Origin: Schmidtea polychroa | Taxonomy: Eukaryota | DNA length: 64,000 nucleotides | Direction of reading: 5' to 3' | Assembly (NCBI GenBank): GCA_044892525.1 | Contig: CM097887.1 | Span: 111,206,397 to 111,270,396 of the forward strand | Shown: one piece after another, positions 49,476 to 62,482 of the stretch | Position numbering within the stretch: the first letter of the stretch is position 1 | Layout: each line of letters opens with the position of its first letter | The notes under the pieces: model-generated | Told to the model about the DNA's origin: nothing | The model's input: the letters and a program-made list of their open reading frames with translations, nothing else | The model's database searches: none | Translations under genes and position numbers: made by a program

Positions 49476-50857
49476 AAGGCCTAAAGTAATAGTGAGATAG
49501 CATTTAAGCTACAAGTTGATAACATTTAAATTACTAGTGAGATAGAATATTAAAGATAGCTAGAAGCAAATTGAGTTTGAAATATGGAATTTGAATTTAG
49601 AAAGGATCAAACGAGCTCGTAAAAGATGATAGTAAAATTCTTTTAGTAAAGAAGGAGAAACGGAAAAGGAAAATGAATTAGGAATAATAGAAACAAAGAA
49701 TAAGTATGAATAGATGATGAATCAAAGAGGAAATAATTAATTAATTAAAGGGGATCCCAGGTAAGTAGACAAAAGTTCTACAGAATTTTTTTGGTTTAAA
49801 CCGGTTAAACGAATTTTGTTTTGGTTCCAGAGCAGAACCGAGTAAAAGGAAATAGAGATGAAAGATTAAATGAATAAGCGGAACCGCGTAAAAGGATTAA
49901 GGAAAATATGGGGGGTAATAAGCAGTAACTGACAACGACCTATCGATATTATAAATGCTAACTATAGATAATTTATACGACTATATAGATAATTGTTACT
50001 ACCCCCAAATAGATAATTAAAAATCGACGAAAACTATGGGTTGATGGGTAATTATATTCCGCGGAGAAGTGTATGAGGGGAAATGAAGAGAAGCATAACA
50101 GAGGCCCAAAAATGGTGTCTGTGCTTGAATGTGGTAAAAAGGAATGATTGATTCGTGTAAGCAAATGCAACACGATATCATTTTTTCATTGTAGATACCC
50201 ATCCAACCAAGTCAATTCAGAACCAGCTCAAAAGGAAGCCAGAGAATATACAAACAACCCAGGAAAAGCAATTCAGAACCCGCATAAAGAAAAACAAGCC
50301 AATCTGAACACGGAGGACGACAACGACATCTTTACCTACGACGGAATTATCGAAATACCTAGCATCGACGTAATAGCAGCAGTCAATCAAGGACTCAGAT
50401 ATCTCCTCCGGAAATCAGCCGAGAAATTACGCGGAATATTCCTCGAAGGAAACACTATCAGAACCAAACTTGACCAATTCAGCAGCCGCTAACCGTAGAA
50501 AAATCCACGTGAAAAGACAGAAAAGAGTAAGAAAGAATCACGGATAAACCCAACCTTAGATCTTCAAGTAAGCCAGGAGACGTATTATTTTCAGGAGACG
50601 AATTAGATCAACTCAAAAGAGGACGATCATTTAGGCAGCAGAGAGGAATATCACAAGGAGCAAAAAGACCCCACAAAACACCGATATACGATCAAGAAAA
50701 CCCCACAGCCGGACATACGCCCAGTCGATCTAGAAGTAGAGAAAGCCTATCCGATATAACAAACAACCTAACCGGGTCAACAGAAGAATTATCCGTCCAT
50801 AGTTTAGCTACATCGCTGGAAAATTTAAAAGGAATAATAGAGTTTCAAGAACCAATC

Positions 50858-53800
50858 ATGACGAATGTGGTAAAAACCGACGAATATAAAGAAAAATTTA
50901 GAGGCGAACCATTCAACGGGAATGCGAACAAGTTGGCAACGTTCATAACAAATTTTGAAGTCTATATCGATGTGTGTGGATGGACATCAGAAGCAATTAG
51001 CAAACGGATGCCGTTGTTTTTATGTGATAGCGCATTAGAAGTGTATCTAGAAGCAAAAGAAAGAAATACGAAGTTAGACAATTGGGAAAGCATCAAAACA
51101 TTTTTGAGAAAAACATTCGGAGCCAGCAAACCAATAAATCAAGCCCTAGGAGAATTAGCAAGTAGAAAATAAAGAGCAAATGAATCCATAACGTTGTATG
51201 CGAGTGAATTGCGAAGATTGGCAAAGAAGGCCATGAACGGAAACTTGCCGGAGGAAAATTTAATTGGCTATTTCATAGAAGGACTGCACCGAGAAGAGGT
51301 AAGGGCCTCGGTGGGATGTCAAATGTGTAAAACACTAGAGGAAGCCATAGATTGGGCCACGAGATGCGAACTCCACCTCCCGGCACAAATGAATGTCATG
51401 CAAGAGGAAGGAAGAATCGCAACAGCAACGGTAAAAACTGAAAATGGAGAGAACAGCAATCATGAACCAAAAATGAATCAGTTTATACCCGGTGCGCATC
51501 AAATTTTCAAACCACCGCAAGGACGATCAAATGGGAATAACAGTGAACGCAACAACCCGAATAATGGGAATAATTTTAATAATCGACGAAACACGAACGA
51601 TAACAAACAATGCCGAACATGCGGTAAACCAGGACATTGGGATAGAGATTGTTACCGAAACGCAAATTGCAATAGGTGTGGACGACGGGGACACACGGAA
51701 AATATATGCCAATTGAGAGGATGTTTTAATTGCGGTCAACCAGGTCATATCTCAAGAGACTGTCGAGAAAGGAGCCAACAACAACGACCACCCCAGCGAA
51801 ATAATAACTATGCACCAAATCCGCAACGAAAAAGTAATCCTAGTGAGGGAAAGCAAATGAATGTGATGCAAGAAATTTCACAAATGAAGCAGATGATGCA
51901 ACAAATGATGAGACCGAGACAAGAGCAAGTACCACAACAAACCCAGAATATACGCATGATGAGGAGCACCGAGAATCTTAACAATTATGAAGTGCAACAA
52001 CATGCACAAGAATGGCAAAGACTACAAGCTGAAGAAGAGAGGATAAAAAGAGAGCGAATTCAGCAGCGACAAGAACAACCATTACGAATAAATATGATGA
52101 GAATGGTAAGGGAGATAAAAGAGCAATATTGTTACAATTACGGTAAAAATCCAAGAGTTGTACCTATGAGCGAACCAGAGAAACCGAAAGAAACAATTCC
52201 AGCAGCAAAAAAGGAAAATTCAACAACATCGCTAAAAGGAAATCAGAGAATTCAGAAAATATTTTGGAAAAAGATAAAAGATAAAATCGAAAGAGAAAAT
52301 GAGAAAACAAAAACAGAAGCAGAAGCGGAAAATAACGAAAATGAAAAACAGATTAATCATCTAAATCATGATATGATACGAGGATTAGACTCAGAGGAGC
52401 TAACGATACTCGAGAACAAAAAATTAAAGAAAGTACCAAGAATGAGAAATTTACGAATTAATATGATGAGGACAACAAAGAAGGTGTTGTCAACAGATGA
52501 CGATGAGGATTATGTGAGTAGCCTTGGTGGAGAAATGTTACAGTTAAATGAAAATATCGACCAACTAAGAGAAAAGATCGGAGCAGATGAGGATGAAAGT
52601 GAAAGCGACGTGACAAGCGAAAGCGAAGACGAGAATATCGAAATGAAATTGAGAAAAGAAAGAGAAGAAGCGATAAAACAAGTAAAGGAAATACTTCCAG
52701 TGGTGGTAAGAAACCAGGAATTCATTGACATCATACCATACAGACGCTTCACACAAAGGATAATGAAACTAGAAAGAAACGAAAAAGATCTAATACCAAA
52801 CGAGGAGAAAGCGATAATAAAGAAGTATATGGAAAAAATGAAACAAGCGGAGACAACACGCTATGTAATAAAAATCGGAACGAGCAAAGGACTCGAGAGA
52901 ATATGGATAAAAAGTGCAGTTACAGACGATCTCTTCGATTGGATAAGAGAACATTTGGGCAGCTCGAGAAAGAAAGAATACCTGTATCAATATCAAGGAG
53001 AACAAATCAAACCAGACATGCACCTAATAGATGCATTGATCTGGCCAGGAGAAACTCAAATATTGAAACTGCATAAAGAGAAGCAACCAGCAAATATTCA
53101 CGAATGGGCTAAAGACGCCAAGGCCGAGTATGACTTTAACATCAAGCTGAAGCTGGAACAAATAAAACAATGCACCTTGCGACGAAATCTAGATAAATTA
53201 ATCAAACAAATCCAAGAACAAGTTGAAGATAACTGGGATTTGCTCATAACAAGACGAACTGCAGACATGCATGAACTAATGGGCCGACTGCGAGATACAG
53301 AACTGCTCCGAATGAGTGATTGGAGAACCATAAATTTGATCCACAAATATGGAAGGTTGAAAGAAACGCAACCGCAGAAATTGGAAATAACCATATGGTT
53401 ACCAAACGAGGAGAAACGACGAATAAAGATGAGTAATCAGAGTACGGTGGATGACTTAGTAACCAAGATAAACCAAGAGATAACGGAAAAAGTACGAAGC
53501 GAGAGCAGCGATGGTATGATAGATGACGTAGTCATGATGTACGATAAAATAATACTACGGGCTGAAGACGATACCTCGTTAAGTGAAATGGGAATGTGGG
53601 ATAATCATCAAATCATCAGAATATTGCCCATGGACGAATTCCGAACAAGAGATGTAACATACCAGAAAGAAATACGAGACAGGATGAAAACGCTATATCA
53701 AAAATCAGTAGAGATAATTGAAATTCATCAACAGTGGCTAAAAGAAAAAGAGCTTCAAGGAAAAATAAAGAAACTAAGTGTTAGATCCTGCAGACGAACC

Positions 53801-55615
53801 CCATGGGAAAGGATTTGGAATGCGGAAAACAAAGAATGGGAAATCAGGAAAGGGATTTTCGTGGAAACAGACATTGGTGAGATAGAAAGCGAATCAGAAG
53901 AAGAGGAAGATGAACCTCCAAAATACGAAGAGGACGAAATAAAATCGACATCGGACGACGAAAGCGAAACGGATGTTACATCAGAAAGTGAAACGGAAAC
54001 CAGATATATTCATGCGATGAGAAAGAAAGAACGCGAATATGCCGATATGGACAGCGAAGAAGCGATGGAAGCTCGAGAACGAGAAGAGAAGGAAAGATAT
54101 AAACAATTAGGTGATATCTTAGCAACGGGAGCAAAAAATCAAAAACGTCAAGTAATAGCATTGGCTAACATCATCCTAAAGACATCAGAGAATATCCACA
54201 ATCTAAGAGAAATGGCGAAAGCGATTGAGGAATACCGACAATATAACGAATGGTACCCAGAACAGCTAGAACAAATTATTAGGAAATGGAGAAACCAAGA
54301 ATGGGCACAAGATACCCAGGAAAGGTATCGTATCCGAGTCAAGTATCCCGACAAAAGCATTGAGGATACAGAAGTACATCCAACAACAAAGATCAGAGAG
54401 TTAAAAAAGAAATTAGCATACGAAACTCCATTTCACCTACAACTATTCGGAAAATCGTTGGATGATAATGCAGATGTCGGAATAACACCCATGAGATTGG
54501 GGGAGATCAATGTATTGACAATGGCAGAAACATTGGGAAAACCGATTAAAAGGAAGAGCAAATCCAGTAAACCTACGAAAGGTAGCTTGAGTACACCAAG
54601 CCCTAACAAAGTGGCGAGTAAATCGAATGAAACCGAGGAAATCGAGGAAATTATATTGGAAGACAGCGATGAAGGAGCTGGAGAAAGATCACCAATTCTG
54701 GTAAGATGGCCGACAGGAGCCGAAATATGGACAACAAGCCAACCATCAACTAGCTATCAGCAGCCAAATAAGCTAAGTATCGAGGAGATTATCGATAATA
54801 CAACAGAAACCGAAACCGACGAACAATTCCAACGACAGAAAGGACCAACGAAAGCAACACCAGAAGGTCAAACGGACAAAATAATAGACGAATGGAACGA
54901 ATGGCTGAGAAACAACGATAGCTCATTGCCAAGAACGGATAACGAGAGAAACCCGAATTATGAAAATACAAGGGAAGCCGGAACAATGATGGAGAAACGG
55001 GCAAAAGGGAGACCCAAGAAGCAAGGAGAAAAACCGGAATTTAAAACCAGAGAACAGTTGAAACAAGAACAAGGACAAGTCAGACTAGAAAAACTGGATA
55101 AAATAGTGTGGGACTTAAAAGAAGCTCAACCAACAATCGAAAGAGGCGAAAAATGGATACGGGAGCTAGTAAAAGATATGCTAATAATAACGAACCCACA
55201 ATTGAGACGGTTATGGCAACGAAAAGTAGCAAGCGTAGATGCCAGGCAGCTATGGAATACAATATCCGGAATAATTCCGAAATTAATCAAAGAGAAGACA
55301 AAAACCACTAAAACCGATTGGGAAGAGACAAGAAGAGTAATTGAACAATTAACTTTAAACGCAAACGACGACGAACATTATTTAGTAGTATTAACGTATC
55401 TAATGTACAATTTGATGGGATTAGCAGCAAGGAAAATACCTAACAAACAATTCGCAAATCATGTAGAAATGACCGTTACAATCATTGAAAATACAATCGA
55501 ACCACATATTATCCGCGCCGGTGGGTGGAAAAGACTCATACAAGCGCCACGAAAAAACGAGCAAGAGAGATCAATGCAAATTCGGTTGAAGAAATTGCTA
55601 AACGAGCTGGAATGA
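50858..55615 (+). CDS. gag: Extended Gag: capsid, 3 CCHC knuckles, 3 ubiquitin-like domains, C-terminal Bcl-2-like domain; one internal TAA (51170-51172)
   Basis: EPFNG..F..NFE..W, RK*RANESITLYASELRRLA (typical RKQ..ES motif), CRTCGKPGHWDRDC, CNRCGRRGHTENIC, CFNCGQPGHISRDC; ORFs 50858 and 51194 share one frame. Confidence 0.88.
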
Positions 55616-55666
55616 GAATTGCCATTGAAAGACCCAGCCAGCAGAAAAGCGTCGATTAATTCACTA

Positions 55667-57560
55667 ATGATGACCATGATGATATGGATGCTCTGCACCA
55701 GTGGAGCCGCGGGATTTACCATTTACGACTGTGACAATTCGATAATAGGAGAAAGATACTCCCTGAGAGATATAGAGGAATGTAGACAGGCATCTCCGAA
55801 TAAATTAGATATAGTAAAAAAGAAAGTCTCCTATCACGTATACCAAGAATCAGATTTCATTAGAACGCAAGCTAGAGAATGCGTAGTATCGAAGAAAGTG
55901 TTGGCATACTACTGTGGACAATACTCATATTCAACCCTTATATTACCGGGATTAGATAAAGAAATAGTACCTATACAACGGGAAGACTGTAAAGAACTTT
56001 TTAGAACCGGAGCGATGAGAATCAGGGATGGAGTAACCATACACGGACAAAGCGGAATGATCAAGACGGAAAGTATCTATGTAGCCGGACGAGTAAAATC
56101 AACTGATGGATCATGTAACGGAGGCACATATACGATCAGAGGAGAAGTGATCTCGGGAGTAGTAGTAATTGAGTCCTACACAGTGGAGTTGAAGGAATAC
56201 GAAGCACAATTCGACGCAAACAACTATCAAATGAAAACCAACCCAGCATGCAGAGCTACGGAAAACGTGTGTAGAACGGGAATTTCGACTATAATATATG
56301 AAGCTAACACCCAAAAATGCCGACTCCAATTGTTAAAAAGTGCTCTATTCAATGAAGTAAAAGGAGAAATTTACGAAAACGAGGATGACGATGAAGAGAA
56401 TGGAAACGTAAGGATGCGAAATGGGAAACCAGTCCCGCCATCCCCCAAAGAAAAGAGACTCACAACCCAAAAAACACCAACGGCATTAATTACAGATGAT
56501 CCGGACATCGGCATGAGATTCATTAGAGAAAAAGAGACCACCAAATGTGACAGCATAGTATATCGGACGAACTACGCAGGTATCTACATGTCAAGGCAAG
56601 TAATAGACCGAGCAGTGGGAAAGGTAGCAACAGAGGACGTAAAATTGTACCTGTACGCTAATAACAAAATGGACTTTTTATTTCATCGAGGACAAACGAC
56701 AATGCAAAAAGTGTATTACGATCTTATACAAAATGACTGTTCATTGAATAAAGAGATACTAAAAACAAAATTAGCTATCGCAATAACACACCCAGATAAC
56801 ACAATGCCATCACTCCCGTTACCGGATGGACATTTTGGTAGAATGGTGGGAGAGGTAATGTATACATATGCATGTACCAAGACATTTGCGCGACTGCCAA
56901 GAAAGCCCACAATTCCACCAGGGAAATGTGCAAACGAATTAGAAATTAGCTACAAAGGGCGGAACAGATTCGTTCAACCAGTCACTCGAATTATGAACCC
57001 AATTGGATTTTATCCGAACACCTTTAACTGTTCAAATGCATACGGACCGTTATATGAAAAACCCGATGGGAAATGGATAATGTTACCGGTAAAAACCGAA
57101 GTACAAGAACCTAAAAAGTTTGGATTAATAGAACTCGCAACAGAGCAAGACTTCAAACCAATTGATGTGTCAAAAGCGGGTATGTACTCACCAGAGGATT
57201 TAGAAACAGCACGACTAAACGTACTATTCCCAGCAAGGCGAGAATCCATTCTATCGAATATGGTTACCATAACTGGGGGAACGAATTTCCAGTCAGGCCC
57301 CAATTACGAACTATTATTGTCACCCGATCATTTTCAACAAGCCACGTCAAACATGATGAAAGCAATGTGGGGAAGATTTCTAGTGTTCGGTCAAATGATG
57401 GCAGGAATATTGGGAATCATCTTAATTATTCAGATTGTCAGGGTGATATTGACTCAAATGTTAGCGTGTTTTGATATCTATAAGAGAGAAAAGAAAGTAA
57501 ATTGGAAGTTGATAGTAGGTTTTCTACCATTTTTGGCAAAAACAATGGTGTTACACGGTC
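55667..57560 (+). CDS. env: Envelope-like class III fusion glycoprotein (chuvirus G / herpes gB-like), N-terminal part of ORF 55619-60301
   Basis: Signal-like MMTMMIWMLCTSGAAG, then IYDC..YSLRDIEEC..Q..C.V..YCG.YS..C..AGR..GSCNGG..VVV Cys pattern; TM FLVFGQMMAGILGIILIIQIVRVIL. Confidence 0.75.
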
Positions 57561-58009
57561 ATTCTAAAGATATACACAGAATAAAACGATTAATCAAAAT
57601 ACTGACAAAAATAAAAGGGACCGACGAAGAAGTTGGCAGACGATTTCGGAAAACAATGTATGATGAGGCAACGAGAGCGCAACTAAAAAGGAACAAACCA
57701 AAATTCCTGGACAGATTTAGAAATCGGTCAAACAGCAGCGATAGCGATGATGGCGACAACGGGAATGACAAATACCCATATCCAAGTAGAAACCCGAATG
57801 AAAAGCCAATAGAAACAGCGCCATATTGGGAGAAAGAAAAAACAAATACCTGGATAGCCAACGGAAGTTATATACCACCAGATATCGTTGGACAACAAAC
57901 AGCTTTGACCATGACACAAAATATGTATCCACAGTTACCAAGTCAACCAGGGATGAACTATATGCCAACCCGAAGAACGAAAAGCGTAGACCAAGCGGAT
58001 GACGTAAGA

Positions 58010-61000
58010 ACGATAGCAGTGATGAGTTCACCAGGAGGCGCGGCAGTAACAGTCATGATCCAAATCAACGGGAAAGAGACAAGCGCAATGATAGATACCG
58101 GAGCAAATGTATCAGCAATAGCAATCAACCAAATACCCAGTAAATGTTGGAAAGACATCGAACAAACAACTATCCATATCATCGCATGCAGTAAAGAAAC
58201 CGTAGACGTAGTAGGAAGATGGTGGACTACGTTAAGATATCAAGATAACGAAATTGAAACGTATCTAGCGGTGATACCCAAACTGAGTGAACCATGTATA
58301 ATCGGAACGGATTTAATGCCAGAATTGTTCAAGGAAGTAGTAATCGATTTAACAACAATGTGTCTAAAGGACAAAACGGGTAGAATATGCAAGATGAACG
58401 CAATAATTAGATGTCCGGAGAAAATAATTGTACCAGCAAAATCACAGATGATATGTCAAATAAAAGTGGATGCAGGAATGGAAGGAGAAGTCATTTTTGA
58501 GCCAAGCAGATCATTCGAAAAACGACGAGAATTACCATTAGCAAGAGAAATAATAACAATAAATGAAGACGGGGAAATACCAATCAACATCACAAATTTC
58601 GAGGAAGAAGATAAAATCATATATGAAAATGAAAGATTGGGTAGATTGACACCCATGATAGACATCGAATTACCAAAAATCACCAACGAAACAACGAAAG
58701 TCGGCGAATTATGGATAATTGACAGCACCTTGCTAACGGAAAAAGAAAAGGAAAGACTTCAACAATTATTGATAGAATATAAAGATATATTCGCAATTTC
58801 GGATTTAGATTTGGGAGCATGCGATGTTACATTACACGCAATACCATTAATAGACGAAACTCCAATCGCACTACGTCCATACAAACTAGCAGAGAAGCAA
58901 AAAGAGATAGCCGAAGCAGAAGTACAAAAAATGCTAGATGCACAAGTGATCGAACCAAGTTGTTCGCCATGGCAATTTCCAGTAGTCATGGTGAAGAAAA
59001 AAGATGGTACTCAGAGATTCTGTATCGATTATCGGAAATTAAATGCAGTAACAAAAAGAGACACATACCCGTTACCAGACATCAATGAGATGTTACTTAT
59101 GTTACAGGGGGCCGCATATTTTACATCTTTGGATCTGAAAAGCGGATATTGGCAGATCAAAGTCAAGGAGGAAGACAAAGAGAAAACAGCATTCACATTG
59201 GGCCGAGATCTATACCAATTCAGGAAAATGCCATTCGGACTGACCAATGCCCCAGCATCATTCCAGAGATGTATGAATTTTGTCACACATGGGATCAAGC
59301 AGTGTATGGTATATATTGATGATTTATTAATATATTCAGCAACGTTCGAACAACATTTGGAAGACATTAGAAACGTGTTCATCCGATTACGACAATGGAA
59401 ATTGAAACTCAAACCATCCAAATGTGATTGGGCAAAAGAAAAAGTTACGTTCTTAGGACACATAGTGTCAGCAAAAGGCAAAGAACCAGATCCAAGAAAC
59501 ATAGAAAAAATAAAAACATGTCCAGCACCAAAAACTGTCACCCAAGTTCAAGAATTTCTCGGATTATGCGGATATTATCGAAAATTCATCAAAAACTATG
59601 CAGGTATTGCGAAACCAATACAGGAATTAGTGAGAAAGGATATTTCATTTATTTGGGGTGCAGAACAACAAAAAGCGTTTGAGACATTGCGAGATAAATT
59701 GATTGAAGCCCCAATACTGGTACATCCTGATTTCAAGAAACCGTTCTTATTAGCAACAGATGCAAGTGGATATGCAGCCGGAGCAATATTAGGACAACTA
59801 GATGAAGAAGGAAAAGAAAGAGTGATTGGATACTACAGCAGAACGTTTAAAAAGCATGAGAAAAACTATTCCGTAACCGAGAGAGAAGCGTTAGCAATTA
59901 TACAAGCGATTAAACATTTTCGATATTTGTTGTGGGGACACGAAATATGTATCACAACAGATCATCAACCACTAGTATGGCTTGGCCAACACAAAGAAGC
60001 TTCAAGTAGATTGATGCGATGGGCAATGCAGTTACAAGAATATTCACCGTTCATAAAATTCAAAGCGGGAAGAGCGAATGCCAATGCGGATTGTATGTCC
60101 AGATTTATCTTTCCAGATTTAGTAGATCACGAAATGCAACGAATATGTCTGATGGTGGCAGAGGATTTGGATTTTTGCCAATTACGGAAAGACCAACAAG
60201 AGGATACAGAGTTGAAGCAAATCATTGAATATGTGAAAACAGGGAAAGCAGAGGTATATGAGAAAGATCAAAAATTGAAGGAGCATATGGATAAACATTG
60301 ACATCGATATATTATCGAGAAAGACTGGTTGTTGATAATGGATGGAGAAAAAAGACTGATGTGCATCCCCGAGAATAGACGTAAAGAGCTGCTAACACAA
60401 TACCATGACGGAAGACTCGGAGGACATATGTCATCTAAAAAGACGTTGGCACGAATGAAACAAAAGTATTTTTGGCCTACATTGACCGAGGATGTAACGG
60501 AATGGGTGAAAAATTGCATAACTTGCGCAACCAGAAAAAACACGGGAACCAAATGGAAGGCACCATTAAAGCCAATGCCAGTACCAGCAGAACCAATGAC
60601 CATGATATCAATGGACGTGGTCGGTCCACTACCAGAATCAGATAGAGGAAATATATATATATTGGTAATCACAGATTATTTGACAAAATTCCCCGAAGCA
60701 TTCGCAATGGCAGATCAGAAAGCAAGAACAATCGCGAAAATACTAGTAGAGGAGATATGCTGTCGATATGGAACACCAAAACAGATATTAACTGACCAAG
60801 GAACAAATTTCATGAGCGAAATAATGAGCGAAGTCACTAACTACTTCAAGATCGCAAAATTAAGAACATCACCGTACCATCCACAAACTAATGGTATGAC
60901 AGAAAGATTCAATGGAACACTGATTCAAATGTTATCAAATTATGTCGATCGTCATCAACGCGACTGGGACGAGTATATAAAATTATGTTTAATGGCTTAC

Positions 61001-62482
61001 AGAATGTCGATTCACGCGTCCACAAAGATGAGTCCGTTCAAGTTGATGTACGGCAGAGAATGCAATATGCCAATGGATTTGGAGTATCAGCCACCAATAT
61101 CACAGTATATGGAAATAGACGATTATGTAACCAAGTTCAAGGAAAGAATGCAGGAAATCTGGGAAACTGCAGGATTGAATATAAAATTTTATCAAGAAAG
61201 TTACAAAGATCTACATGATAGAAAGAAAAACGTCAAACAGCATACGTTTCAAACAGGCGATTGGGTGATGATCGAAACACCAGAATTAGTTCCAGGAACC
61301 ACCAAAAAATTACAACGAAACGGTAAAGGTCCGTATGAGATCCTATTCATCGGAGAAACCAATGTAAGAGTACGATTGGTAAACAACCCCTTCACGAGGC
61401 CAATATATGTAAATGTGGCACGATGTAAGCCAATACCGAAAACAGCCACCAGCCAGCCGGAAGGGCGAACATTAACAACAAGATCACAAACATATAGAAT
61501 AAATATGTTACAGCAGATAAACGAACCAACAGGTAACCGATTGGGGTTACAACCATCAGAAGCCGAGAAAATCATAAAGGAAGTGAAAGCTAAAATGCCC
61601 GGATGGGCAGAAGACAGATTAGATTTTGAGATATTGGGAGGTCTGCTAACAATGATCGAAAATTATGCAAACCGAGAAAGGACACACCCATTACTCAGGG
61701 TAGTAAAAAGTCAATGGCCTATATTATTTACGATCACAGACCATTATGGAGATACACCGCTGCACAAACTTTTAAAGGTCGGGAATAATGAACAAATACT
61801 GGAAACGATCGAAGCATTTCGCGATTGTAACGTTTCAACAGATCAAGAAAATAACCAAGGTTACACTCCACTAATGATAGCAGCCAATCGGGATAAAGCT
61901 AAAGATATTATCATCGCATTACTTGAAACTGGGTCAAAGATAACCACACAAGACCACAACCAGAAAAATGCACTACATCATGCAATCGAAGGGAAAAGTA
62001 CGGAAGCCTTCATAATCTTAATAGATCTATTATCATATGAGGATAATAGGGAGATAGGAAACATGTATGACGGGTTATTAACTGGAATCAAAGAGAAATT
62101 AATAACAATTACTGGAATACTAATTGCATGGAGGAACCCGATCAAAAACGATTATATGGTAGATATAAACGAAACATTTACCAAAGGAGAAAATACCTTG
62201 ATGAGGGAAGCGATGAGAGGACATCACCTATTCGAAATTCCAAATCAACTACTACAACGTGGCATAAAATTTTCAAATCACAAAGACGAACAACTAATCA
62301 GAAAACGAATTACCAACTTCGAAAAAGCTATATCTCAATTTACCGATAAAGTACAAGTAAAATTTTGGGAAACCGTGAGTGTATTATATATGATGGAGAA
62401 TATGAACAACATTCGAGAAAACTACCTAAGTATTATTCAAGTGCTTACGGCGGAAGAACGCATTAACAGTTCAAACAAGTAA
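58010..62482 (+). CDS. pol: Pol: aspartic protease, RT, RNase H, integrase, then ankyrin repeats; one internal TGA (60299-60301)
   Basis: IDTGA (58094), YIDD (59312), TDAS/EREALA/TDHQPL, H..H..CxxC, MDVVG/TDQG/TERFN (DDE), GPY (61328), GDTPLH/GYTPLM/KNALHHA; ORFs 55619 and 60329 share one frame. Confidence 0.93.

Noticed and set aside
50148-50492. 114-aa ORF upstream of gag
   Set aside because: Different frame from gag, no motif, followed by several stops; cannot be supported as a gene.
58400-58680. Extra domain between protease and RT
   Set aside because: Resembles the degenerate dUTPase-like spacer common in Gypsy pol; not novel.
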